DNA of 64,000 nt, from NCBI RefSeq assembly GCF_053078305.1, contig NZ_CP166879.1; one strand, given 5' to 3'. Shown here in pieces: positions 9,477 to 20,010 of this stretch; the first letter of the stretch is position 1; each line of letters begins with the position of its first letter. The notes beneath the pieces were generated by a model, which was not told where the DNA came from, did not search any database, and was given only the letters and a program-made list of their open reading frames with translations. A program made the translations under genes and the position numbers.

Positions 9477-11992
9477 TCTGTTTCTCCATGAATTTTTACC
9501 TTCCCAAACTCAACTTTTACTACTGACGGAATGGAGGTGTTGACTGGCGCTGTTTTACCATTTTCATCGGTGATCCCCTGTAGAATATCACCTTCAGCCG
9601 TTGTTAATCGATAAGGCGTCGAAGGTTGCGGCACTCCCGCTTCATCGGTAAGAATAAAACCGCCACCAAACCCTCGCGGCATTTCAACAGACGCAATATC
9701 AAGACTTGTTGGTCCCATCTTCTGCATATTCGTGCTTTTTAACAGGATCTGTCCCGGGCATCCCAGCTCAATATTTCCACCGCTTAGTTTGATATAAGCT
9801 CCACCACATGCCAGTATCAGTTCCTGATTAGCAGAAACAGTCACTTTGCCCTCAGAACTTTGAATATCAAGATTCTGTTGGGAACTCATTGACAAATCGT
9901 CACTTTGAGCCTGAATATTTACCCGCCCTTTTGCTGCTAACAGTTGCATCCCCTGGTTTCTGCTCAACAGGCTAACAGCACCTTCTGCTACAACTGTAAA
10001 TGACTGCCCGGCACTAATATCAGTGTTATCTCCCGACATTATGCCCACGCTTTCACTACCCGAAGCAATTCGTAACGCCCGTGCACTAACCATGCCAATC
10101 CCATCAGGAGCATGCAACAGCATTCCCGGCGCAGTGAGATCTGTTAGCGATGAATTCAACCGTTGCTGACAACTTATATCTCCCTGAGTAGCATTTGCAG
10201 CAGTTGCGGCCTTCGCCATACTTCGGGCCAGAGATAATGCCAGCTCCAGTTGGCGGATAGCTTCATTCATATCCAGCATCTTTCCTTGTGCCTGAGGCTG
10301 CATATCTGCACTGATAAATATTCCTTTTCCTCCCCGGATACTTATCCAGTCATCAGTCCTCAGCTCAGCGCCTTCTCCCCTGAGTTTCCGGGAGGCATTA
10401 ACGTTATGACCAAGATTAAGTTGTGTCTTACCGCCAAACTCGGTACTGATCTTGATATGCTCCTCACCGCGTTTGTCCTCCATCCGCAACTTGTTATTTG
10501 CCGGCGTACGGATAACATTGCGCGTACCGTTCTTATCGGTAACGTGATCAACATGACGTGAATCATGCAGGGCATGCGCGATATAGGGGCGATCCGGATC
10601 ACCTTCCTCAAAGGCAATGGCCACTTCCGTTCCCTGAATCAGCGGAAAATGAAAACCATAAGCATCACCACTGTAGGGTTTGGCCAGACGTACCGGCATG
10701 CTTTCCTGTCCCGGATTTTTATCATCACGGTCAGCATCAAATTTCACCCGGTACATACCTGATGCATCCTGCCAGGCGTAGATATCCCCTTCTTTTGCAC
10801 TGGTCACACGGGCCGTCATGGTACCGGTAACTTTCGGACGCGGCAGTAAAGGAGGACGCCAGCAGATAACTTCACTGTAAGGAACGCCCTTCAGTACAAC
10901 CTGCAGGGCATCCTTGCGACTTGCAGAAAAACCGACACAGGTAAGCAACACCGGATTGCGCAGCAGCGCAGGCAACGTCGGCGGAAGACTGTCGGTGATA
11001 GTCAGAACCTGAGCAGGTGCCAGCGTGGCGTCTGTACTGTTGCCGGTTATCCGCACCTGCTCCGCCAGATAACGTTCATGACCAAGGCGGGCATAAAAAT
11101 TGGCCGTCTCCGGCACCGGGTCGATTTTATCCCCCCGTTCCAGATGACGGAAATGGTAGTGGTACACCTCACCATAGTTAATTCCGTCACCATCACCATG
11201 CGTCATGTCTGCCGGGGCGGACTGCAACAGATATTGTGCTTCACGATGGTTATAAGCCTTTGTGGTGACACTGGCCTCTGCCACATTGTGCGTCACATTC
11301 AGCCCCCACACTGAATCCGCTCTGTTATCATTCATTCCGGACGGACTGTTTATCGCCAGCGTCTTATCAAACGTCAGCGCAGCCTGGCTGTCACCAAAAT
11401 GCACTACTTCCGTCTGCGTGTCCGGTTGCAGGGTGAAAAAATAAAAAATCCCCACTTCAGCCAGCAAACGCTGAATAAATTGCAGGTCACTTTCCTGATA
11501 CTGGTTAATTTGTTCACGCTTCGGATACGTTTTTTTGAGACGGAACTCAAACTCCCAGCCTTTCAGGCCGTGCTCCTGGAGAACCTCTGTCACCACCTCC
11601 GGCACCGATTTGTTAACGAAAAATCGGTGAGAACGATGCTGCCTGTCCAGTAGTTTAATAAATGGTTCCAGTATCACCTGGTATTTTGCCTGGTCGGCGG
11701 AGCCCGATATACGACGAAAATCTGTAATGACACCATGTACTACTTTCTGGCTCACCTGCTCCTTAAGCCCTCCCGTACCCATTGTAAATGTGGCTGATTT
11801 ACGCAGCAGCAGCCCGGCATCCAGGTCGTTGTCAGTACTGGTAAAATTGATGATGTAATAATAGGTCTGACTCATCTCCTCCCTGCCGCTGAAATGCTCA
11901 ACATCCAGTGGTGACGGGCAGGAGGGAATAATTAAATGGTAACGATTCAGGGAAGCAGAGATAGTTTTTGAAAGTGTATCTGTCAGACTCAT
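9473..11992 (-). CDS. vgrG: T6SS spike protein VgrG (TssI) with C-terminal extension
   Basis: 839 aa; VgrG-like N-terminal gp27/gp5 architecture; C-terminal tail beyond the spike core; start codon overlaps next gene. Confidence 0.9.
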   Translation of the reverse strand: MSLTDTLSKTISASLNRYHLIIPSCPSPLDVEHFSGREEMSQTYYYIINFTSTDNDLDAGLLLRKSATFTMGTGGLKEQVSQKVVHGVITDFRRISGSADQAKYQVILEPFIKLLDRQHRSHRFFVNKSVPEVVTEVLQEHGLKGWEFEFRLKKTYPKREQINQYQESDLQFIQRLLAEVGIFYFFTLQPDTQTEVVHFGDSQAALTFDKTLAINSPSGMNDNRADSVWGLNVTHNVAEASVTTKAYNHREAQYLLQSAPADMTHGDGDGINYGEVYHYHFRHLERGDKIDPVPETANFYARLGHERYLAEQVRITGNSTDATLAPAQVLTITDSLPPTLPALLRNPVLLTCVGFSASRKDALQVVLKGVPYSEVICWRPPLLPRPKVTGTMTARVTSAKEGDIYAWQDASGMYRVKFDADRDDKNPGQESMPVRLAKPYSGDAYGFHFPLIQGTEVAIAFEEGDPDRPYIAHALHDSRHVDHVTDKNGTRNVIRTPANNKLRMEDKRGEEHIKISTEFGGKTQLNLGHNVNASRKLRGEGAELRTDDWISIRGGKGIFISADMQPQAQGKMLDMNEAIRQLELALSLARSMAKAATAANATQGDISCQQRLNSSLTDLTAPGMLLHAPDGIGMVSARALRIASGSESVGIMSGDNTDISAGQSFTVVAEGAVSLLSRNQGMQLLAAKGRVNIQAQSDDLSMSSQQNLDIQSSEGKVTVSANQELILACGGAYIKLSGGNIELGCPGQILLKSTNMQKMGPTSLDIASVEMPRGFGGGFILTDEAGVPQPSTPYRLTTAEGDILQGITDENGKTAPVNTSIPSVVKVEFGKVKIHGETE

Positions 11993-12070
11993 ATTGTTAA
12001 CTCCATGTCTGTACCGGTATTGAACTGCAATTATATAATGATGACCGTTAAGCTTTATTTTCAGAGAGAA

Positions 12071-12298
12071 TTACTGATAATCATCCCATTCATCGTAAAT
12101 ATATGCATATGCAAATCGATACATCAGATAACCGACAAAAAATAACGCAACAGAGAGCCCTCCCCACAGATATTTAAATTCAGCAGATGAGAGAAAAAAG
12201 AACCAGACTGTAAATACAATACCCGACGCACCTAACCCCATACCTGCGCCACGGATAAATCGGGAAAGCATTATAAGTAATGTTCTTTTTATCTTCAT
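12071..12298 (-). CDS. small membrane protein, unknown function
   Basis: 75 aa from the ATG at 12298, which overlaps the upstream gene stop (ATGA); two predicted hydrophobic helices. Confidence 0.4.
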   Translation of the reverse strand: MKIKRTLLIMLSRFIRGAGMGLGASGIVFTVWFFFLSSAEFKYLWGGLSVALFFVGYLMYRFAYAYIYDEWDDYQ

Positions 12299-12936
12299 AA
12301 ACCACCGAAAAAATATTCGCATATCCGGTCAAACTCAGCCGAATTTCGGTCTGCGACAATACAGGCTCGTTCAAACGGGCGCACAATATCTTCAACAAGA
12401 AAGTACAAAAGATCCAAATCCCCCTGAGCTTTCAGCTTATCATGCAACACCGGATTTCTGTCTTTCAGAAAACGGGATGTGTAAATCGCACGCGATGTCT
12501 CTGCGCCAACAGATAATAACAACCCGGCAAAACTCCCTGCAAAAAAAGCAGCCAGCCCTCTGGATACCAGAACCTCTCCCAGTTTAACCCCGGTCAATTC
12601 AGCAAATGCCATTCTACCTGCCAGATCTCCTGAAACGTTCTTCACAATGGAGCCTGTTTTTTCCATATTGATCCGGGATACAAAGTCTTCAAGACAAATA
12701 CTGATAATTTTCCCAATAATATCACGGCTGAAAATGCCTTTTTCTACCAGTCTGGCCATTCTGAATTTGTCATTCTGGTTTTCCCGCCTATGCCCGGTAT
12801 CTATAAAATCATATCCCATATAACCGAGACTGACTGGCAAAGATATGAGTCCCTTCCCGACGGCCCCCAGAAACCCATCCCCATTAATATTTACGGCCTC
12901 CAGCATATCCCGGGCAATTTCTTTAGCACTGTCCAT
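12295..12936 (-). CDS. hypothetical protein between clpV and vgrG
   Basis: 213 aa from the ATG at 12936 preceded by AGGAAA; 14-nt overlap with the clpV 3' end; no family recognised. Confidence 0.45.
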   Translation of the reverse strand: MDSAKEIARDMLEAVNINGDGFLGAVGKGLISLPVSLGYMGYDFIDTGHRRENQNDKFRMARLVEKGIFSRDIIGKIISICLEDFVSRINMEKTGSIVKNVSGDLAGRMAFAELTGVKLGEVLVSRGLAAFFAGSFAGLLLSVGAETSRAIYTSRFLKDRNPVLHDKLKAQGDLDLLYFLVEDIVRPFERACIVADRNSAEFDRICEYFFGGL

Positions 12937-15610
12937 ATATGCTTTCCTGCGGATAATCGCTATTGATTCCATCAAACGCTATCACAATACCATCCTCATC
13001 ATTCCACGTCAGAGACAGGTACGTCGGATGCTGTCTGGCAGCAAGATAGCTGAGCAACTGCCGGCTCAGTACCGGCAGCAGTTGCTGGTTCAGCAGACTC
13101 TCCACATTCCGGGCGCCCGTATCCGGCAGCAGGCAGGCGGATGTCAGGGCATCGTACACACGTTCATCAACCGATGTGCTCAGCCCATAATGGCAGTGCA
13201 GGCGTTCGCAGACCTGTGCAAGCTTCATCTCCACAATGGTGCGCATGGCAGACTGCGTCAGCGGACGGTAAATCACGGTCCGGAAACGGGCAAGCAGTGC
13301 TGGCTGGAAGTGGTCGCGCAGCAGTGGACGGATAAGCTCATGCAGCTCCGATTCCGTTGTCTCCGGCTTTTCGCTAAGTTGCTGCATCAGAAGGTCACTG
13401 CCCAGATTGGAGGTCATCAGAATGACCGTATTACGGAAGTCAATTTCACGCCCCTCACCGTCGCGCATAAAGCCCCGGTCAAACACCTGGTAGAACAGAT
13501 TCAGCACATCCCGGTGGGCCTTTTCCACTTCATCCAGCAGCACCACGCTGTAAGGGCGTTTACGCACAGCCTCCGTCAGAATACCGCCCTGACCGTATCC
13601 CACGTACCCGGGCGGTGACCCCTTAAGCTGGGAAACCGTATGGGGCTCCTGGTATTCCGACAGATTGATGGTAATCAGTGATTTTTCGCCGCCGTACATC
13701 ACGTCTGCCAGCGCCAGTGCCGTTTCGGTTTTTCCCACACCACTGGGACCGACCAGCAGGAACACCCCCTGGGGGCCGTTACCGGATGTCAGACCCGTTT
13801 TCGCCGCACGCAGACGCTGCGCAATGGATTCCAGTGCCACGTCCTGTCCGACCACCCGTCTGCCGATATCCTTTTCCAGATGCAGCAGTTCCGTCTGTTC
13901 GTCCTTCATCAGGGAAGATAACGGCACCCCGGTCCGGTCCGCGACCACACCGGCAACGGTGCGTACGTCAACATCCACACTGAGCAGGGGCTGATTCTGC
14001 TGAATGTCGTGCAGTGCCTGCTGCAGGTGATGTGTCTCACTCTGGCGGGAAATATCGCTGCGGCTTTCAAGTAACTCACCGGTGAGTTCGCACTCCCGGG
14101 CGTACTGCTGCTCCAGGTCATCACGTGCTGTCATCAGCTCGTTCTCTTCCTGCTCAATGGCAGACAGACGTTCGCCGTGATTCTGATGACCAACGGCAAT
14201 ATCTTCCAGCAGTGCCTGTTTTTCCATACCGAGGGAAGCGAGCTGTGAACGGATACGGGTCAGCTGTTCCGGCACCGTGTCGAGGCTCATACGCACACGG
14301 GCAGCAGCAGTATCGAGCAGGTCAACAGCCTTGTCCGGTAACTGGCGTTCTGTCAGATAACGGCGCGACAGCGTGACGGCAGCACGTACCGCCTCATCGG
14401 TGATATGCACGTTATGATGTTCCGCATAACGGGATTTCAGGGAGCGCAGCATCAGACAGGCCGTCTCATCATCCGGCTCGTCCACTCTGACCATCTGAAA
14501 ACGCCGCTCCAGAGCCGCGTCACGTTCCAGGTATTGTTTGTACTCAGACCAGGTGGTGGCGGCAATGGTACGCAGTTCACCCCGCGCCAGCGCAGGCTTC
14601 AGCAGGTTGGCCGCATCCGCGCCGCCGGCCTGATTACCGGCCCCGATAAGGGTATGGGCTTCATCTATAAACAACAGTACAGGAGCCGGTGACTGCTGCA
14701 CGGCATCAATCACGTTTTTCAGGCGCTGTTCAAATTCACCCTTCACGCCGGCACCGGCCTGCAGCAGGCCGAGGTCAAGGGTGCGCAGGGTGACGGGTCT
14801 GAGTGATTCCGGTACGTTACCTTCCGCAATACGCAGGGCGAGCCCTTCCACCAGAGCCGTTTTCCCCACACCAGGGTCCCCCACCAGAATCGGGTTGTTC
14901 TTGCGGCGGCGGGAGAGAATATCCACCATCTGACGGATTTCCGTATCGCGTCCCGATACCGGGTCAATTTTCCCCTCTCTCGCGCTGGCCGTGATGTCCC
15001 GGGTGAATTTATCCAGAGCACTCTGTAACACAGGCGGCAGGTCACCTGACGGTATACCCGCCGTATCCGCACCGACGGGACGCCCGATAAAGGTCACATT
15101 GTCTCCCTGAGGCAGCACAGGCTCTGCATCCTGTAATCTCTCCGGACACTCATCAGACTGCGCATCCAGCAGCGGGGACAGACGCTGCAACTGGCTATGA
15201 CTCAGTGTCAGCAGCGGCCACAGCCCGTCACAGCGAACCAGGTGCGGATTTTCCGTCAGGGCACCCAGCAGATGCACGCTGCGGATATGTTCTTCTCCCT
15301 GTAATGAGGCCACCATCCAGGCCTGTTTCAGCAGGGCATTCAGGGACGGCGCAAGCTGCGGGCAGCTGCGTACGCTACGGGGCTGGTTATCCAGCCAGCC
15401 GAGCAGCGACTGCCATATCGCGTCCATATCCCAGTCATAACGCCGGCCCAGCACGGTAAGGTCTCCTTCGCCCTGCTCCAGCAGTTTCAGTAACCAGTGC
15501 TCCGGGGTGATTTCCGCATGGGCCCGGGTCTGGCAAAGGGAGGCTGCGCCTTCCAGTGCACGGGCACAGTAATGATTAAGACGGCGTAACAGAGCTGCCG
15601 GATTTTCCAT
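12923..15610 (-). CDS. clpV: T6SS AAA+ ATPase ClpV (TssH)
   Basis: Two Walker A motifs ([16 protein letters not shown]), ClpB-like N-domain and size; track start at 15619 is GTG, the in-frame ATG at 15610 is preferred. Confidence 0.9.
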   Translation of the reverse strand: MENPAALLRRLNHYCARALEGAASLCQTRAHAEITPEHWLLKLLEQGEGDLTVLGRRYDWDMDAIWQSLLGWLDNQPRSVRSCPQLAPSLNALLKQAWMVASLQGEEHIRSVHLLGALTENPHLVRCDGLWPLLTLSHSQLQRLSPLLDAQSDECPERLQDAEPVLPQGDNVTFIGRPVGADTAGIPSGDLPPVLQSALDKFTRDITASAREGKIDPVSGRDTEIRQMVDILSRRRKNNPILVGDPGVGKTALVEGLALRIAEGNVPESLRPVTLRTLDLGLLQAGAGVKGEFEQRLKNVIDAVQQSPAPVLLFIDEAHTLIGAGNQAGGADAANLLKPALARGELRTIAATTWSEYKQYLERDAALERRFQMVRVDEPDDETACLMLRSLKSRYAEHHNVHITDEAVRAAVTLSRRYLTERQLPDKAVDLLDTAAARVRMSLDTVPEQLTRIRSQLASLGMEKQALLEDIAVGHQNHGERLSAIEQEENELMTARDDLEQQYARECELTGELLESRSDISRQSETHHLQQALHDIQQNQPLLSVDVDVRTVAGVVADRTGVPLSSLMKDEQTELLHLEKDIGRRVVGQDVALESIAQRLRAAKTGLTSGNGPQGVFLLVGPSGVGKTETALALADVMYGGEKSLITINLSEYQEPHTVSQLKGSPPGYVGYGQGGILTEAVRKRPYSVVLLDEVEKAHRDVLNLFYQVFDRGFMRDGEGREIDFRNTVILMTSNLGSDLLMQQLSEKPETTESELHELIRPLLRDHFQPALLARFRTVIYRPLTQSAMRTIVEMKLAQVCERLHCHYGLSTSVDERVYDALTSACLLPDTGARNVESLLNQQLLPVLSRQLLSYLAARQHPTYLSLTWNDEDGIVIAFDGINSDYPQESIYGQC

Positions 15611-15778
15611 GTTATTCACTCACTGTCAGAAGACCTTCAGACACGCTACCGCCCTTCGCCATAACCCGGGCGCATCAGGTCTGTGTTCAGGACTGAGAAT
15701 TCTTTCTTCAGCACCCGCCAGCAGATACTGAAGAAAAAAGAAAAATGACGGACAGGATACCCTGCCCGTCCGGGAGAA

Positions 15779-16270
15779 TTACGCAGTGGTACGTTCATTC
15801 CACGCGTCAGAATGAATGATGTTACCGTCCTTATAAGTCCAGGTGATTTTCTCGTAGCGCAGCTCCACCTGCTCAAGGTGGTTATGCTTCTCGTAGGCGG
15901 GATTCTTGATGTCGTGCATGACCGGGTTAACCTTCACCACCTTCACGTTCTCAAGCTTCGTATTGAAATACTCCACTTCCTGACCGGCATCATTGATTCT
16001 GTACCACTTAAACTCAGCAGACTTCAGGGTCTGCCCCGTGGTCACCGCCTTGTAAAGGTAGGGGCTGGAAGAATCAATTTCCTTGGTAAACAGGAACGGC
16101 GTGTGAATACGGGTACCGGTCAGCTTACCGGTATTGTTATCCGTCGGAATGTAAAGGCAGTGCTCCTGAGCCACCACTTCAATACTGCCCTCACGGTCCT
16201 TCACATCCACGGAGCCTTTAATATCCGCTCCGCCATCATCCTGCAGCCACAGATAAACAGGAATTGCCAT
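15779..16270 (-). CDS. hcp: Hcp (TssD) tube protein
   Basis: 163 aa from the internal ATG at 16270 (MAIPVYLWLQDDGGADIKGS...), typical Hcp length and N-terminus; the longer track ORF carries an implausible basic leader. Confidence 0.85.
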   Translation of the reverse strand: MAIPVYLWLQDDGGADIKGSVDVKDREGSIEVVAQEHCLYIPTDNNTGKLTGTRIHTPFLFTKEIDSSSPYLYKAVTTGQTLKSAEFKWYRINDAGQEVEYFNTKLENVKVVKVNPVMHDIKNPAYEKHNHLEQVELRYEKITWTYKDGNIIHSDAWNERTTA

Positions 16271-16304
16271 AAAGTTACTCCCTCTCGTTGTCTTACGCGC
16301 CCTG

Positions 16305-18005
16305 TTACGGCGCCCGGGTGATGTCCGGCAGACGACAGGCATCGGCCTGCGGTACCAGACTGATTTCAACACGGCGGTTACGCGCTCGCCCTTCCGCCGT
16401 CTCATTCGGAGCCACGGGACGACTCTCACCATATCCCTGTACGGCAAAACAGCTTTGAGGGATATCGCCCGTATCCCGCATCCAGTCGCGAACGGCCTCT
16501 GCGCGCTTCAGTGACAGGGCCTGGTTGCGCTGCGGGTCACCCGTATTGTCCGTGTGACCACTGACCACAATCAGCCAGCCCGCTTTTGCCTTAATATCCA
16601 CCAGGGCATTCACCAGCCATTTTGTGGCGCCCGGTTTCAGCGTCCATTTACCGGCATCAAACAGCGCCAGGCTGTTAAGGCGAACCGTTTTCGGCGTCTG
16701 AGTAACTTTCTGTATCACCGGACGGGGAGGCAGTGGTGCAACCCACTCACCAGTCGCTCGCTCAACCGGCGGTATCAGCCACATTCCCTGATACAATCCC
16801 AGTCCGTAACGCTGCGGCACACCATGTTGCTGCCAGTCGTTCAGTAACTGGCTGTCAGCCTGAAGACGTTGCAGTGCAGTTTTTTTCGATTCAGATGAAT
16901 ATCCGCGCATCCGGTGCCAGGCCGTCAGGTGTTCCCCCACACTGCGAACCAGTCGCTGGTTATTCATAAAAGACGCCAGCATAGCCAGCAGAAGAAAAAC
17001 ACCGACAATCAACCCCGTCTGGCGACAAAGTCTGTGCCAGTGACTGAGTCCTCGATGACGGGGGATACCGGACAGCAGAATATCCGGCAACGGCAGTACC
17101 TGTGATGACACGCCGGCAGACGGTGGCAGTGCAGTGAGGGACGTCAGTTGTTGTTGCCAGATATTACCGGGTCGGGCAGCAACCGACGTCAGACAGAATC
17201 CGACGGCAACCGGCCGGAAATAAAGGTGCTCCTGCCGGCAAATATCTGTCAGGGCATCAGTAACCCGGTTGTACCAGGACAACATGGCATTCAGCCATAA
17301 CAGTTCACTGACGCACCGGAGCCTGGACGCTGCATCACACGCCAGCAGCCATTCCTCTGCCGGAATGGCTCCGGCTTCCGTCAGGCGTATGTGCATTCCC
17401 GACAGGTCCGGTGTCAGTGAAAACCAGTGTGCAGAGTGCTTATTTAAGGATGTGTTTTGTGGTGACGGCCCTGAAACCATCAATGTCACCAGCACCGGCG
17501 GCATGGTATTCAGCCACTGCCGGCACTGCATGACTGCACGCTGCCAGTTCCGCAACCACGACAGGAAAGCTTCATCTGAGGTATGCTGCTCCGGTAAAAG
17601 TCCCAGCATGACCACGACCTGGCCACACAGGGCCGGACGGCTGTACGACAACCGCTCTGCCAGTATTCTCATCTGCTCCGGCGTATCCACACGAAGATAC
17701 CATCCCGATGCTGTTTCCCGGTATGCCTGACCGGGTTCGAACCACGCATCTGAGTTTCCGGCAACAAGCAGCACATGCCCCTGAAAATACTCAGGCGGCA
17801 GACCGTCATCGCCGGCATTCTCCGGGATATCACGACGGGAAGACAGACAACGCCACTGATACCACAGCACAAGCCCCGCCACCACGACTGAAACCAGGGT
17901 CAGTATTATCTGGTTTACTGCAGACAGTGGCAGGAATCCCGAAATCAGCCACAGTGTCAGGAACAGACTCAGTATTGTCAGCCAGAGACGGGAACGTACG
18001 TGCAT
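16305..18005 (-). CDS. tagL: T6SS membrane protein with C-terminal OmpA-like peptidoglycan-binding domain (TagL-like)
   Basis: Transmembrane N-terminus; C-terminal OmpA-family motif (GHTDNTGD...NRRVEI); between tssL and hcp. Start taken at the ATG at 18005, just after the tssL stop. Confidence 0.7.
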   Translation of the reverse strand: MHVRSRLWLTILSLFLTLWLISGFLPLSAVNQIILTLVSVVVAGLVLWYQWRCLSSRRDIPENAGDDGLPPEYFQGHVLLVAGNSDAWFEPGQAYRETASGWYLRVDTPEQMRILAERLSYSRPALCGQVVVMLGLLPEQHTSDEAFLSWLRNWQRAVMQCRQWLNTMPPVLVTLMVSGPSPQNTSLNKHSAHWFSLTPDLSGMHIRLTEAGAIPAEEWLLACDAASRLRCVSELLWLNAMLSWYNRVTDALTDICRQEHLYFRPVAVGFCLTSVAARPGNIWQQQLTSLTALPPSAGVSSQVLPLPDILLSGIPRHRGLSHWHRLCRQTGLIVGVFLLLAMLASFMNNQRLVRSVGEHLTAWHRMRGYSSESKKTALQRLQADSQLLNDWQQHGVPQRYGLGLYQGMWLIPPVERATGEWVAPLPPRPVIQKVTQTPKTVRLNSLALFDAGKWTLKPGATKWLVNALVDIKAKAGWLIVVSGHTDNTGDPQRNQALSLKRAEAVRDWMRDTGDIPQSCFAVQGYGESRPVAPNETAEGRARNRRVEISLVPQADACRLPDITRAP

Positions 18006-18007
18006 GG

Positions 18008-18661
18008 TTATCCCTGCCCGGTAAGCCGTGCCACCTGGTCTGCGAGCACAGAAGAAAGCACACACCAGAGACCAGCCAGCGTCATAATACCCGCCACCCA
18101 TGACAACCAGTACATCGTTCTGCCAGCACGGTACCCCGGTGCACGCACCACCACCGGCGCATCCTGTGCGAAAGTAAATGCAGGAACACGCGCTGTCAGT
18201 GCGCGTATTACATCTTCGCGACGCTCATCATCCTGCGACCGGTACTGACCGGTAAAACCGAGCTGAAGCGTACGGCAGAGGCATGTCAGTACCGCCACAT
18301 CCGGCGCTGGTAATTTCAGTTGCTCACGAATACGCTCCCAGAGCTCTTCACCGGCATTGAGCGTACCAAAAAAATGAGCCTGCAGCGGGTCCTGCTGCCA
18401 GGTGTGCCAGCCATCGTCTGTTTTTTCGCGGTTCAGCACACTCTCGTCCAGCAGGGCACAGAAGGCATACAACATGGTGTCACTGTTTTCCTGACTGAAT
18501 CCTGCTTCGGCCAGCTCTTCACGCGCCTGCGTCACCAGCTGACAGGCACGGCGATACAGGGCCTTACCATCCTCAACCGGTTGTCCGCTGCGCAGCTGGC
18601 AGACCATCAGCCAGCCGGGATAAAAAATCTGTTCAGCCCGGGAAATAACTGGTTTATTCAT
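18008..18661 (-). CDS. tssL: T6SS membrane subunit TssL (DotU family)
   Basis: 217 aa from the ATG at 18661, which overlaps the tssK stop (ATGA); cytoplasmic DotU-like domain plus a single C-terminal TM helix. Confidence 0.8.
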   Translation of the reverse strand: MNKPVISRAEQIFYPGWLMVCQLRSGQPVEDGKALYRRACQLVTQAREELAEAGFSQENSDTMLYAFCALLDESVLNREKTDDGWHTWQQDPLQAHFFGTLNAGEELWERIREQLKLPAPDVAVLTCLCRTLQLGFTGQYRSQDDERREDVIRALTARVPAFTFAQDAPVVVRAPGYRAGRTMYWLSWVAGIMTLAGLWCVLSSVLADQVARLTGQG

Positions 18662-19995
18662 GTCCGCAGCACCGCAAAAAGTTCCAGTTTCACATCTCCC
18701 AGCGATGCCGGGGTGTAGAAAGTACAACGCCCCGCGTCCAGCATCGCCCGGGCCGCATCCGTACTTAAATCCAGCGCGAAATACTGGTTTTCCAGCCGGA
18801 GCGGAATGGCCGCCGGTACATGCGTAACCGGACGGATAATGACCCCGCTCAGCGCCACATTCACCACCTCAGACACATCATCGGGGCTCCCGGCTTTGCA
18901 TAGCTGCGGAAACTTCGTCTGCAGTTCATGCCCGGGCATGGAAGAGCGCACTGAAAGCCAGAAATCCGCTCCTTCGCGCAGGCGCGCATCGTGTAATGCC
19001 CCCTCCCACATCACACCTTTTTGTTTCAGTTCAATGAAGACCACACGGGAAGGCAGGCTTGCCTCCAGCAGCTGGTTCAGCAAAGAAAGCAAGGGTGGAA
19101 ACACATTTTCAGGTGTTTCATGACGGTATGCCGGAACCGCATCCACATTATGCTCAAGCGAGAATGTGAGCAGGGAGCCTGCCAGCCGGGCAAGCTCCCT
19201 GTACAACAGTTCCGGGTGGCGGTAAGGCATGTCAAGCAACTCTTTCAGAACAGGCTCCGCACTGTTCAGGGCATTCAGCAACCAGAACAACGACACGTCC
19301 GCCACTGCAAAATCCGCAAGACGGGCATTGTTCTCCCGACGCATGGACATCAGTCGCTGGCGACGCGCCTGCAGGTGATGAAGCAACTCCGCAAGCTCAG
19401 TCATCAGCGAAGGACTGGCAGACAGCGTCAGCAGAGGGGGAATAAAACGCGGGTCCCTGCACCACTGTCCCTGTGCATCACGAACAAGACGGGTAACGGG
19501 ACAGGTCAGCCAGGCAGCATTTTCCTGATGAGCCATGCGCAGAGTCAGGTTATGCCGCAATACCGCCACTTCGCTTTGCTCATGCCCGGCCAGCTCCTGC
19601 ACATTCACCCTTTCTGATTTCCAGCGACGCGGACGCCCGCTCTCACGGCCATCATCAAGGTTGCCACCGTTAGCATTCAGTAACGGTAGCGCCAGCACAA
19701 TATCCACCAGGGAACGATCAGAAACCGTCGATAAATCACAGACCGGAGGCAGATTATCCGCACGTTCCGTATCAATAAGCGTTCCGTCCGGGAAACGAAC
19801 AATCAGACGGGTGGCATTCAACCGTGAAAGCGGTAACAGAGAGTCATCAAACTCTGCAGCCACCACGCCCCAGGGATGCGCCAGCCCCATTCGGGCAACG
19901 CTGTCTGCCAGATGAACATCCCAGGCAGCCTGCTGCTGAAACTGCTGGGGCATCAGAAAAGCCCCGTCTTCCCACAGTGGACGATAAATCTTCAT
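18658..19995 (-). CDS. tssK: T6SS baseplate subunit TssK
   Basis: 445 aa; N-terminus MKIYRPLWEDGAFLMPQQFQQQ is TssK-like; gene order tssC-tssK-tssL. Confidence 0.85.
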   Translation of the reverse strand: MKIYRPLWEDGAFLMPQQFQQQAAWDVHLADSVARMGLAHPWGVVAAEFDDSLLPLSRLNATRLIVRFPDGTLIDTERADNLPPVCDLSTVSDRSLVDIVLALPLLNANGGNLDDGRESGRPRRWKSERVNVQELAGHEQSEVAVLRHNLTLRMAHQENAAWLTCPVTRLVRDAQGQWCRDPRFIPPLLTLSASPSLMTELAELLHHLQARRQRLMSMRRENNARLADFAVADVSLFWLLNALNSAEPVLKELLDMPYRHPELLYRELARLAGSLLTFSLEHNVDAVPAYRHETPENVFPPLLSLLNQLLEASLPSRVVFIELKQKGVMWEGALHDARLREGADFWLSVRSSMPGHELQTKFPQLCKAGSPDDVSEVVNVALSGVIIRPVTHVPAAIPLRLENQYFALDLSTDAARAMLDAGRCTFYTPASLGDVKLELFAVLRT

Positions 19996-20010
19996 TTCCC
20001 GACGCCTGCC

